Assembly (NCBI GenBank): GCA_900234795.1
Contig: LT962688.1
Coordinates: forward strand, 1,230,001-1,262,000
DNA: 32,000 nucleotides
Direction: 5' to 3'
Source of the DNA: Methylorubrum extorquens
Lineage (GTDB): Bacteria > Pseudomonadota > Alphaproteobacteria > Rhizobiales > Beijerinckiaceae
The position numbers and the translations under genes were made by a program. Shown one piece after another: positions 7,357 to 15,737 of the stretch (the stretch's first letter is position 1; the number at the start of each line of letters is the position of its first letter). Under the pieces are notes generated by a model. That model was not told where the DNA came from. It ran no database searches and was given only the letters and a program-made list of their open reading frames with translations.

Positions 7357-8945
7357 AGGGAAGCTTCCGCCAGTCGATGGCGTGGCTGCACACGTGGTCC
7401 GGCCTGATCGTCGGCTGGGTGCTATTCGCGATCTTCGTCACCGGCACCGCGAGCTATTACCGGCCGGACATCTCCCGCTGGATGCGCCCCGAATTCACGC
7501 GCGTCGAGCCGGTGGAGGCGGCCGCCCTCGGAGCGGCGACCGAGCATGCGGTGGCCTATCTCGGCCAGCACGCGGCCAAGGCCCGGACCTGGTTCGTCGG
7601 CCTGCCGCAGCCCGACAAGCCGGTGCTCGACCTGTTCTGGCGCACCCGGCCGGGCGAGCGTCCGGGCCACGTCCTGCTCGATCCGCGGACCGGGACCGAG
7701 TCCACCGTGCGCGACACGCAAGGAGGCGACTTCCTCTACCGCTTCCATTTCGAGCTGCACATGCCGCCGCTCTGGGGGCGCTGGGTCGTCGGCCTCTGCG
7801 CGATGATCATGCTGGTGGCGCTGATCTCCGGCATCGTCACCCACAAGCGGATCTTTGCCGACTTCTTCACCTTCCGCCGCGACAAGGCGCCCCGGCGCAG
7901 CTGGCTCGACGCCCACAACGTCACCGGCGTGCTAGCGCTGCCGTTCCACGTGATGATCACCTATACCGGGATCGTCACCCTCGCGACGTTCTATATGCCC
8001 TGGGGCGTGAACACCGCCTACAAGGGCAACGCCCAGACCTTCTTCACCGAGGCCAGCTGGATCACGACGCCGCGCCCGCCCGCGAAGCAGGCTGCCGCGC
8101 TCGCTCCGCTCGGGCCGATCGTGGAACGGGCGGTCGCGACCCGGCCGGAGCCGCTGGAGCGGCTCACGATCGTCAATCCGGGCGACGCCAACGCCACCGT
8201 GGTCGCGGTGTTCGAGGAGCCGCACGGCCTCTCGCACGAGCATCCGCAGATCGCCTTCGACGGGGTGAGCGGCGAGATCCTCGAGGTCCGCGACGGCGGC
8301 CTCAAGCCCGCGGCCAAGACCTTCACGGTGATGACCGGCCTGCACGAGGCGCACTTTGCCGGCACCCTGCTGCGGCTGGTGTTCTTCCTGTGCGGAATCA
8401 TGGGCTGCGCCATGGTCGCGACCGGCGTCGTGCTCTGGTCGCTGGCCCGCCTGCCGAAGCCGGGGGAGCGGCCCTTCTTCGGCCTGCGGCTGGTCCAGGC
8501 GCTGAATGTCGGCAGCATCGCCGGCCTGCCGGCGGCCATCGCCTGCTTCTTCATCGCCAACCGACTCCTGCCCGTCGGTCTCGCCGGGCGCGAGGATTGG
8601 GAGATCCGCGTCTTCTTCGGCGCCTGGATCGTCGCGGCCCTGGTGCCGCTCGTCCGCCCGCAGCGCCGGGCGTGGTGCGAGGGTCTGGCCGCCGTGTCGG
8701 TGCTCTGCGTCGCGGTGGTCGCGGCCGACATCCTGACGATCCCCGACCACCCCCTTCGGCTGGGCGGCGGTGACCCGCTCTTCGTCTGGTTCGACGGGGC
8801 GATGCTGCTGCTCGCGGGCCTGTTCGCCGTCGCCGCCCGCAAGATCCTGCGCTACGAGGCACCGAAGCGGGCTGCGAAGCCGGCCGCGGTTCCCGCCTCC
8901 CCCGCCCGCCAGCCCACGCGGCGCCCCGAGCCGACCCACGCATGA
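7353..8945 (+). CDS. PepSY-associated TM-helix protein (PiuB/FoxB-like, putative ferric-siderophore reductase family)
   Basis: Start MKGSFRQSMAWLHTWSGLIVGWVLFAIFVTGTASYYR (characteristic N-terminus), multiple TM segments, 530 aa. Track ORF 6978-8945 extends upstream through the receptor and DUF3649 genes, and I do not believe that extension. Confidence 0.9.
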   Translation: MKGSFRQSMAWLHTWSGLIVGWVLFAIFVTGTASYYRPDISRWMRPEFTRVEPVEAAALGAATEHAVAYLGQHAAKARTWFVGLPQPDKPVLDLFWRTRPGERPGHVLLDPRTGTESTVRDTQGGDFLYRFHFELHMPPLWGRWVVGLCAMIMLVALISGIVTHKRIFADFFTFRRDKAPRRSWLDAHNVTGVLALPFHVMITYTGIVTLATFYMPWGVNTAYKGNAQTFFTEASWITTPRPPAKQAAALAPLGPIVERAVATRPEPLERLTIVNPGDANATVVAVFEEPHGLSHEHPQIAFDGVSGEILEVRDGGLKPAAKTFTVMTGLHEAHFAGTLLRLVFFLCGIMGCAMVATGVVLWSLARLPKPGERPFFGLRLVQALNVGSIAGLPAAIACFFIANRLLPVGLAGREDWEIRVFFGAWIVAALVPLVRPQRRAWCEGLAAVSVLCVAVVAADILTIPDHPLRLGGGDPLFVWFDGAMLLLAGLFAVAARKILRYEAPKRAAKPAAVPASPARQPTRRPEPTHA

Positions 8946-9292
8946 CGCCTCTCGTCCTCGCCGTGAATCTGTCCCTGAGCTTTGCCGCGCTCGCCGCGCT
9001 TTGCCTCAGCCTCAACCGGCACCATGCGGAGGTCTTCGACCGCAAGGCGGAGCGGGCGGCGGTCTTGCGCCTGCGCCTGTTCGGCTGGGGGGCGATCGCC
9101 CTCTCCTTCTTCGTCGCCGGGCTGTGGGAGGGCTGGGCGTTCGCTCCCGTGCAGTGGATCGGCGCACTGACCGGCGCGGCGCTCGCGCTGGTGCTGCTCC
9201 TGTCCTACCGGCCGCGCTACGTCGCCCCCGCTGCGCTCGCTGCCCTCGCCGCTTCGGCCCTGCCGCTGGCGGTCCTGGCCGTCGCGGCCTGA
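8942..9292 (+). CDS. DUF3325-like small membrane protein
   Basis: 116 aa. ATGA overlap with the previous stop. MTPLVLAVNLSLSFAALAALCLSLNRHHAEVF... fits the pattern of the small membrane protein that follows PepSY-TM genes. Confidence 0.7.
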   Translation: MTPLVLAVNLSLSFAALAALCLSLNRHHAEVFDRKAERAAVLRLRLFGWGAIALSFFVAGLWEGWAFAPVQWIGALTGAALALVLLLSYRPRYVAPAALAALAASALPLAVLAVAA

Positions 9293-9585
9293 TGCGCCCG
9301 CTCCCGCCGCTCGAGGCGCTCGCCCATGCGAGCCGCCTGCTCGAAGCGCAGGGCTTCCACGAGACCGCCCGGAACGACCGCGGCGACAGCCGCTACCTCG
9401 CCCGCGGCGAGGGGCCGGAGCGCCTGCGCCTGTCGAACCATGCCCGCACCCCGAAGCAGCGACGGGTCCACCCGGAGGTGATGGCGAGCCTCGTGATCCG
9501 CGCGCCCAAGACCGAGGCGCAGGTCGCCGCCCTGGTCGCAGCGGCCCTGCGCGACTTCGCGGGCGGGCTCGCCCGGCGCGGGTGA
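9292..9585 (+). CDS. Hypothetical protein (97 aa), translationally coupled to the iron-uptake operon
   Basis: ATG 9292 overlaps the preceding TGA (TGATG). MRPLPPLEALAHASRLLEAQGFHETARNDRGDSRYLARGEGPERLRLSNHARTPKQRRVHPEV... GC3 is very high in this frame. I recognise no family. Confidence 0.55.
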   Translation: MRPLPPLEALAHASRLLEAQGFHETARNDRGDSRYLARGEGPERLRLSNHARTPKQRRVHPEVMASLVIRAPKTEAQVAALVAAALRDFAGGLARRG

Positions 9586-9600
9586 CGCCGCAATCACGCC

Positions 9601-10236
9601 TCAGAGCGAGGCGCTGGCGCGGCGCATCCGGCGCCGGTCGGCGGGGATCTCGAACACGCCCGACCACAGCCCGACACGGCGGCCCCAGGCGCGCCGATCC
9701 TGAGCCTCGTAGGCGGCCGGCGCGCTGCGGTCGGCGATGGCATAGCCGTTGGCGACCATCCAGGCGGCGAGGTCCTCGCCGTCGCGACGGCAAAGGGCGG
9801 TCGCGCTGCCATCCGCCTCGCGCAGCTCGCAGGTGACGTTTCCCCCGCCGATCCGCGCCGTCAGGGCCGCGGCGGCGGCGCGGCCGCAGGAATAGTCGCG
9901 CTCGTGCCCGTCGGAACAGGTCTGGTCGAGGTCGGGCGCATCCATGCCGTAGAGCCGCAGGCGCCGGCCGCCGAGATCGAGGGTCGCGCCGTCGATCACC
10001 GTGGCGGGGCCGCTCACGATCCGGGGCGCGGCCTCGCCCGCCCGGGCCGGCGGTGCCTGCAATCCGGCGAGCAGCGCCAGCGCAGGAACGAGGAGCGCGG
10101 CCAGCAGGCGCCGGGCGCCCGGTCCTTCCGAGGCGCGATCATCGTGGGGGTGATCATCTTGGGATCGGGCCGGGCTGGCGATGGTGCCGGCGAGGCAGGC
10201 AGCGTAGATCAGCAGGATGGTGGCGGTGAGCGACAT
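9601..10236 (-). CDS. Thermonuclease (staphylococcal nuclease-like) family protein, secreted or membrane-anchored
   Basis: 211 aa with hydrophobic N-terminal segments, then IDGATLDLGGRRLRLYGMDAPDLDQTC...YSCGRAAAAAL...LAAWMVANGYA...RRAWGRRVGLW, an SNase-like core. Confidence 0.8.
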   Translation of the reverse strand: MSLTATILLIYAACLAGTIASPARSQDDHPHDDRASEGPGARRLLAALLVPALALLAGLQAPPARAGEAAPRIVSGPATVIDGATLDLGGRRLRLYGMDAPDLDQTCSDGHERDYSCGRAAAAALTARIGGGNVTCELREADGSATALCRRDGEDLAAWMVANGYAIADRSAPAAYEAQDRRAWGRRVGLWSGVFEIPADRRRMRRASASL

Positions 10237-10387
10237 CGGAAGGGGTCTCGCGGGAAGAGGGGGTCGGCGCGCCGCTCAGAGCCGCTGCGCCGTCGATGCC
10301 GCCTTCTCGCAGGCCCCGCTTCGCGCGAGCCTGACGCCGCCTGTCAGCCTCGCGTCAGCCGGATTCCGGCATCTTTCGCGTCGCGCC

Positions 10388-10735
10388 ATGGTTCGTGCCC
10401 CGATGTCCCCTTTCCTGCTTCGCTCGCTCCTCCTCGCGCTCGTCGCGCTGATCCCGGCTCTGAGTGCCGTGCCTCTCGGCGCCGTGCCGGCGCGGGCCGA
10501 CGACGACGGCGAGCGGGCGCGGCGGGCATTGGAGCGGGGCGAGATCCGCCCCCTCGACGCCGTGCTCGCCGCCGCCCGCACCGCCGTGCCGGGGGACGTG
10601 GTGGCGCTCGACCTCAAGCGCGACGACGGGCGCTGGCTCTACAAGCTGCGCATCCTCGGCACCGACGGGCGCCGCCGCGACGTGAAGATCGATGCCAGCT
10701 CCCTCAAGCTCCTCGACATGGACGACGATGATTAA
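10388..10735 (+). CDS. PepSY domain-containing periplasmic protein
   Basis: Internal ATG of ORF 10217-10735. Signal peptide MVRAPMSPFLLRSLLLALVALIPALSA, then ...RRALERGEIRPLDAVLAAARTAVPGDVVALDLKRDDGRWLYKLRILGTDGRRRDVKIDASS. The usual position is directly upstream of a two-component pair. Confidence 0.8.
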   Translation: MVRAPMSPFLLRSLLLALVALIPALSAVPLGAVPARADDDGERARRALERGEIRPLDAVLAAARTAVPGDVVALDLKRDDGRWLYKLRILGTDGRRRDVKIDASSLKLLDMDDDD

Positions 10736-10759
10736 GGCCCGCGCGCTTCCGGGGACGAC

Positions 10760-11425
10760 ATGCGCATCCTCGTCGTAGAAGACGAGCCGCGCATCGCGGC
10801 CGATATCAGCGAGGGTCTGGAGCGGGCCGGCTACGTCGCCGAGATCGTCGGCGACGGCGAGGCGGCGTGGTTCCGGGCCGAGACTGAGACCTACGACGCC
10901 ATGGTGCTCGACCTCGGCCTGCCGCGCCTCGACGGGCTGGGCGTGCTGCGCCGCCTGCGCGGGGCCGACGTCGCCCTGCCGGTGCTGATCCTCACCGCCC
11001 GCGACGGCTGGCGCGAGCGGGTCGAGGGGATCGACGCGGGCGCCGACGACTACCTCGTCAAGCCGTTCCGGATGGAGGAGCTGGTGGCACGGCTGCGCGC
11101 CATCCTGCGCCGCACCGCCGGCCACGCCTCCCCCGTCCTGCGGGCCGGCGCGGTCGAACTCGACACCCGCACCCGCGCGGTCTCGGTGGCAGGCCGCGAG
11201 ACCGACCTCACCGCGCTCGAATACCGCCTGCTCGCCTTCCTGCTCCACCGCCAGGGGCAGGTCGTGGCGGCGGGCGAGCTGCTCGACCATCTCCACGGCA
11301 GCGACAGCGACCGCGAGGCCAACGCGCTGGAGGCCCTGCTGACCCGGCTGCGGCGCAAGCTCGGCCCCGGCATCATCGAGACCCGCCGCGGCCACGGCTA
11401 CCTCGTGCCGTCCGATCCGCCGTGA
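10760..11425 (+). CDS. OmpR/PhoB-family response regulator (REC plus winged helix)
   Basis: MRILVVEDEPRIA...DAMVLDLGLPRLDG...DDYLVKPF...GAVELDTRTRAVSVAGRETDLTALEYRLLAFLL...ETRRGHGYLV. Confidence 0.95.
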   Translation: MRILVVEDEPRIAADISEGLERAGYVAEIVGDGEAAWFRAETETYDAMVLDLGLPRLDGLGVLRRLRGADVALPVLILTARDGWRERVEGIDAGADDYLVKPFRMEELVARLRAILRRTAGHASPVLRAGAVELDTRTRAVSVAGRETDLTALEYRLLAFLLHRQGQVVAAGELLDHLHGSDSDREANALEALLTRLRRKLGPGIIETRRGHGYLVPSDPP

Positions 11426-12768
11426 ACAGCGGCTCGCTGCGCCTGCGGCTCGGGCTCGCCGCCGCCGGGCTGATTGCCCTGGCGCTGGTGCTGGCCGGGA
11501 TCGGGCTGACGCTGATCTTCGACCGGGTGCTCGACGCTCGCACCGCCGACGGCCTCGACCGCACCGCCAAGCTCATCGCCGGGCAGGTCGCCCTGGCGCC
11601 GAACGGGGCTCCGACCCTGCCGCGCGAGCCGCCGGATTCACGTTTCTCGACGCCCTATGGCGGCCTCTACTGGCAAGTGGAGCGCGCCGGCGGCACCGCC
11701 CTGCGCTCGCGCTCGCTCTGGGACCGGAGCCTCGGCACGCTGCCCGACACGTCCGAGGAGCCGGCGGTCGGCGACCTCGCCGGACCGGATGGCGGCCGGC
11801 TCATCGCCGTAACCCGGCGGGTCTCGATTCCGGGCAACGGCGGCACGGTGGCGCTCACCGTCACGGTGGCCGAGGACCGCCGCGATCTCGCCCAGAGCCG
11901 CGCGACCTTCCTGCGCCTGCTGGTGCCCTCGCTCGGCGCGCTGTTCGCGGCGCTGACGCTCGCCATGTCGCTGTTCGTGCGCCGGGCGCTGGCGCCCTTC
12001 CGGACCCTGCGGGCGGATCTCGCCGCGATCCATGCCGGGACGCAGGCGCGGTTGCCCGACACCTTTCCCGAGGAGGTGCGCCCGTTGGTGGCCGACCTCA
12101 ACCGCCTGCTCGACGCGCAGGAGCGCGACCTGGAGCGGGCGCGCACGGGGGCGGGCGACATGGCCCACGGCCTCAAGACCCCGCTCGCGGTGCTCGACGC
12201 GCTGGCCCGCCGCACGGAAGCCGCCGACCCTGCGCTCGCGGCGGAGATCGCTGAGCAGGCGCACGCCATGGGCCGGCAGGTCGAGCGCACGCTCGCCCGG
12301 GCGCGGGCGGCCTCGGGGGGCCTGCGGCGGCGCGCCTGCCCGGTCGGACCGGCACTGGCGCGGATCGTCGGTGCACTGAAACGGCTCCCCGAGGGGGAAT
12401 CCCTGCGCTGGGAGATCGCAGTCCCGGAAAACCTCGCCTTTCCCGGCGACGAAGGCGACCTCACCGAGATCCTGGGCAACCTCCTCGACAACGCCCGCAA
12501 ATGGGCCCACCGCCGCATCCGCGTCTCGGGAGGCGCGGAGGGCGGCGAACACCGTCTGGTGCTGGAGGATGACGGCCCCGGCATGAGCGAGGCGGCGATC
12601 GCCGGCATCGCCCGCGGCCGGCGCTGGGACGAGACCCGGCCCGGCACCGGCTTCGGCATCGCCATCGCCCGCGACCTCGCGGAGGCTGTCGGCGCGCGGA
12701 TGCACCTCAGCCGCTCCGAACTCGGTGGCCTGCGGGTGGAGATGCGCTGGCCGGTTCCGGCGGCCTGA
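11422..12768 (+). CDS. Sensor histidine kinase, cognate to the preceding regulator
   Basis: GTG start overlaps the regulator stop (GTGA at 11422-11425). Two TM segments, H-box DMAHGLKTPLAVL, N-box LGNLLDNARKW, G-boxes EDDGPGM and GTGFGIAI. Confidence 0.92.
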   Translation: MNSGSLRLRLGLAAAGLIALALVLAGIGLTLIFDRVLDARTADGLDRTAKLIAGQVALAPNGAPTLPREPPDSRFSTPYGGLYWQVERAGGTALRSRSLWDRSLGTLPDTSEEPAVGDLAGPDGGRLIAVTRRVSIPGNGGTVALTVTVAEDRRDLAQSRATFLRLLVPSLGALFAALTLAMSLFVRRALAPFRTLRADLAAIHAGTQARLPDTFPEEVRPLVADLNRLLDAQERDLERARTGAGDMAHGLKTPLAVLDALARRTEAADPALAAEIAEQAHAMGRQVERTLARARAASGGLRRRACPVGPALARIVGALKRLPEGESLRWEIAVPENLAFPGDEGDLTEILGNLLDNARKWAHRRIRVSGGAEGGEHRLVLEDDGPGMSEAAIAGIARGRRWDETRPGTGFGIAIARDLAEAVGARMHLSRSELGGLRVEMRWPVPAA

Positions 12769-12790
12769 GGCCGGCGCCGGAGCGATGCCG

Positions 12791-13177
12791 TCAGGCGGCC
12801 CGGCCGAGGGCGCCGAGCAGGTCGGAGCGGCCATAGGGCTTCGGCAGGAAGCCCGCATCGGGCAGGTCGTCGGCGCGCGGCCGGACCCGGCCCGAGGTGA
12901 CGACGAGGCGAATATGCGGCCAGCGCGCCCGCACCCGCGCCGCCAGCGTCAGCCCGTCCATCGAGCCCGGCATGTCGATGTCGGTGAACAGGGCGCCGAA
13001 GGCCTGGGCCTTCCCCTCCAGGAGTTGCAGGGCCGCGTCGGCGTCCGGCGCCTCGACCACCGGCAGGCCGGCATCCTCCAGCATGTCGACGGCCACCATG
13101 CGCACGAAACACTCATCCTCGACGACGAGGATGCGGGGGGCGGAGGACGGATCGGTCGGCTCGGACAGACAGGACAT
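12791..13177 (-). CDS. Stand-alone CheY-like receiver domain protein, divergent from kaiC
   Basis: Internal ATG (13177) of ORF 12791-13402: MSCLSEPTDPSSAPRILVVEDECFVRMVAVDMLEDAGLPVVEAPDADAAL...FTDIDMPGSMDG...LVVTSG...LPKPY. No output domain. Confidence 0.85.
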   Translation of the reverse strand: MSCLSEPTDPSSAPRILVVEDECFVRMVAVDMLEDAGLPVVEAPDADAALQLLEGKAQAFGALFTDIDMPGSMDGLTLAARVRARWPHIRLVVTSGRVRPRADDLPDAGFLPKPYGRSDLLGALGRAA

Positions 13178-13290
13178 GGGGGTCAAGCGAGCTGTAGCGG
13201 GTTGATGGGAAGCGGCTTTCCTCAAAGTGTCCGCGCGGCGATTGGTTTCAGCGGAGCCGCAGAAGATTCGAAGAAATATCGAACATAAAT

Positions 13291-13329
13291 CACGGCCCGG
13301 CGGGCCGGCCGGGCGCTCGCCGGGCCGTG
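13291..13329. other. Strong GC hairpin (12-bp perfect stem, 15-nt loop) in the REC/kaiC divergent spacer
   Basis: CACGGCCCGGCG (13291-13302) pairs with CGCCGGGCCGTG (13318-13329). It is flanked on the left by an AT-rich segment, attcgaagaaatatcgaacataaat. Confidence 0.5.
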
Positions 13330-13400
13330 TATTGCCACCCCCTGGCCTTTGCATTACGGGAGCCGGGAATCGGGTGCTCGAGGCCCGCCATGACACCTTC

Positions 13401-13604
13401 ATGACGACGCCCTTGCCTCACGACGCCTCCGCCCCCTCCCGTCGGCGCCTGCGACCGGCGCCGCTGCCGGCGCCCGCCCCCTTCCTCGTGTCCCGGCCGC
13501 AGCGCTCCCCCATGACGATCCTGCGCCTGGACAGCGGACCGGACGGGTTGCCCCCGATGACGGCCGGGGAAGAAATCGTCCTGGAGACCTGCCTTGGCGT
13601 CTGA
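13401..13604 (+). CDS. Possible small Pro-rich protein (up to 67 aa) overlapping the kaiC start by 11 nt
   Basis: Part of track ORF 13227-13604: [69 protein letters not shown]3 is about 90% from 13401 onward, against about 65% further upstream in the same frame. No good Shine-Dalgarno. Alternative ATGs at 13512 and 13557. Confidence 0.3.
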   Translation: MTTPLPHDASAPSRRRLRPAPLPAPAPFLVSRPQRSPMTILRLDSGPDGLPPMTAGEEIVLETCLGV

Positions 13605-15333
13605 ATCCGCGAGCCCGCCCCAAGACACTCCCAAGGGCACTCCCAAGGACGCTTCGAAGAGCGCTCCCGCACTCGCGAAGGTCGCCACCGGCATCGACGG
13701 CTTCGATACCATCACCTTCGGCGGCCTGCCGAAGGGGCGGCCCTCGCTGGTTTGCGGCGCGGCCGGCTGCGGCAAGACGCTGTTCGCCACCACCTTCCTC
13801 GTCAACGGCGCGACCCGCTTCGGCGAGCCCGGCGTGTTCATGAGCTTCGAGGAGCGCGCCGAGGATCTCGTCGCCAACGTCGCCTCCCTCGGCTACGACC
13901 TCGACGGGCTGGTGGCGCAGGGCAAGCTCGCCATCGACCACGTCCGCGTGGAGCGCAGCGAGATCGAGGAGACCGGCGAGTACGACCTCGAAGGGCTGTT
14001 CATCCGCCTCGGCTTCGCGGTGGATTCGATCGGCGCCAAGCGCATCGTGCTCGACACGATCGAGACCCTGTTCGCGGGCTTTTCCGACGAGACGGTGCTG
14101 CGGGCCGAACTCCGCCGCCTGTTCGGCTGGATCAAGGACCGGGGCCTGACCGCGATCATCACCGGCGAGCGCGGCGACGGCCAGCTCACCCGCCAGGGGA
14201 TGGAGGAATACGTCTCCGACTGCGTGGTGCTGCTCGACAACCGCGTCGAGGACCAGATCACGACGCGGCGCCTGCGCGTGGTGAAGTATCGCGGCTCGGC
14301 CCACGGCACCAACGAGTACCCGTTCCTGATCGATGCCGAGGGCATCAGCGTCCTGCCGGTCACCGCGGCCGACCTCGACTACACCATCGCCGAAGGCGTG
14401 GCCTCCACTGGCATCCCCGGCCTCGACGCGATGCTCGAACCCGGCGGCTTCCACCGGGGCACCAGCATCCTCGTGTCGGGCGAGTCCGGCACCGGCAAGA
14501 CCATGATCACGTCGAGCATGATCGCCGCGGCCTGCGCGCGCGGCGAGCGCTGCATGTCCTTCGTGTTCGAGGAGAGCGGCGACCAGATCATCCGCAACGC
14601 CCGCTCGATCGGCCTCGACCTCGCCCGCCATGTCGAGGCGGGCCTGCTGCGCTTCGAGGCGGCGCGTCCGAGCCTCTACGGCCTGGAAATGCACTTGGCA
14701 CGCATGCACCGGGACATCGACCGCTTCGCGCCCACCGTGGTGGTGGTCGATCCGCTCTCGGCCCTGCGCGGCCCGCCGGCCGAGCTTCAGGCGACGATGC
14801 TGCGCATGGTCGACATGCTGAAGAGCCGCGGCATCACCGCGGTGTTCACGAGCCTGCGCGAGGACGGCAGCCTCGACCACGACAGCAATATCGGCGTCTC
14901 CTCGCTGATGGATGCCTGGATCAAGCTCCTCAACATCGAGGCCAACGGCGAGCGCTCGCGCACGCTCTACGTCATCAAGGCCCGCGGCATGCGCCACTCG
15001 AACCAAGTGCGCGAGTTCAGCATGTCGGGCGACGGCATCGCCCTCGTCGAGGCCTATATCGGCCCGGCGGGCGTGCTGACGGGAACCGCCCGCGTCGTGC
15101 AGGAGGCGGAGGAAGCCGCCGCCGTCCTGCGCCGCGAGCAGGAGAGCCGCCGACGGCGGCGCGAGGCGGAACGGCGGCGCCAGTCGCTGGAGCGCCAGAT
15201 CGACGAACTGCGCGCCACCCTGGAAGCCGCGGCAGAGGAAGAGGCGGTGCTGTTGAGCGAGGACGAGATGCGCGAGGCGATGCTGACGAGCGAGCGGCGC
15301 ATCCTCTCCACCCGCCGGGGAGGCACGCGATGA
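13594..15333 (+). CDS. kaiC: Circadian-clock-family ATPase/autokinase KaiC (KaiA-independent type) with C-terminal coiled-coil extension
   Basis: 579 aa. The TTG start is the only start codon between the in-frame TGA (13558-13560) and the conserved N-terminus, with GGAGA about 8 nt upstream. Motifs: [32 protein letters not shown] (CI Walker A), [17 protein letters not shown]...[12 protein letters not shown] (CII Walker A), [19 protein letters not shown] (phospho-site Ser-Ser), [17 protein letters not shown], then about 75 aa of charged heptad-like sequence. Confidence 0.95.
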   Translation: MASESASPPQDTPKGTPKDASKSAPALAKVATGIDGFDTITFGGLPKGRPSLVCGAAGCGKTLFATTFLVNGATRFGEPGVFMSFEERAEDLVANVASLGYDLDGLVAQGKLAIDHVRVERSEIEETGEYDLEGLFIRLGFAVDSIGAKRIVLDTIETLFAGFSDETVLRAELRRLFGWIKDRGLTAIITGERGDGQLTRQGMEEYVSDCVVLLDNRVEDQITTRRLRVVKYRGSAHGTNEYPFLIDAEGISVLPVTAADLDYTIAEGVASTGIPGLDAMLEPGGFHRGTSILVSGESGTGKTMITSSMIAAACARGERCMSFVFEESGDQIIRNARSIGLDLARHVEAGLLRFEAARPSLYGLEMHLARMHRDIDRFAPTVVVVDPLSALRGPPAELQATMLRMVDMLKSRGITAVFTSLREDGSLDHDSNIGVSSLMDAWIKLLNIEANGERSRTLYVIKARGMRHSNQVREFSMSGDGIALVEAYIGPAGVLTGTARVVQEAEEAAAVLRREQESRRRRREAERRRQSLERQIDELRATLEAAAEEEAVLLSEDEMREAMLTSERRILSTRRGGTR

Positions 15334-15737
15334 GCGGCTCCGAACCAACCGAGGACGGCCTCGACGCCGAAGCCGCCGGCCAAGTGAACGAGGGTACGGT
15401 GGACGAGGGTACGGTGGACGAGGGCCATTACCACCTGCGCCTCTACGTCGCCGGCCAGACCGCCAAGTCGCTGACGGCGATGGCCAACCTCAAGCGCTTC
15501 TGCGAGGAGCACCTCGCCGGCCATTACGACATCGAGGTCATCGACCTGATGAAGAATCCGCAGCTCGCGGCCGGCGACCAGATCCTGGCGATCCCGACCC
15601 TGGTGCGGCGCCTCCCCGCGCCGCTCAAGCGCATCATCGGCGACCTGTCCAACACCGAGAAGGTGCTGGTCGGCCTCGATATCCGGCCCCAGAGCCTCGC
15701 CGAGAAGAAGCCCACAGCGAAGGTGGACGGCATTTGA
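15330..15737 (+). CDS. kaiB: KaiB (thioredoxin-like fold-switch clock protein), paralogue 1, with acidic N-terminal extension
   Basis: ATGA overlap with the kaiC stop. GGGGAGG Shine-Dalgarno 6 nt upstream. [86 protein letters not shown] aligns by eye almost residue-for-residue with cyanobacterial KaiB. Confidence 0.92.
   Translation: MSGSEPTEDGLDAEAAGQVNEGTVDEGTVDEGHYHLRLYVAGQTAKSLTAMANLKRFCEEHLAGHYDIEVIDLMKNPQLAAGDQILAIPTLVRRLPAPLKRIIGDLSNTEKVLVGLDIRPQSLAEKKPTAKVDGI
15388..15425 (+). repeat. In-frame 15-bp tandem repeat (about 2.5 copies of ACGAGGGTACGGTGG) encoding [13 protein letters not shown] in the KaiB1 N-terminal extension
   Basis: Exact copies at 15388-15402 and 15403-15417, with a partial third copy at 15418-15425. 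Confidence 0.85.

Noticed and set aside
13399-15348. 649-aa minus-strand ORF
   Set aside because: It is antisense to kaiC, whose plus-strand translation has unambiguous Walker A and catalytic motifs.
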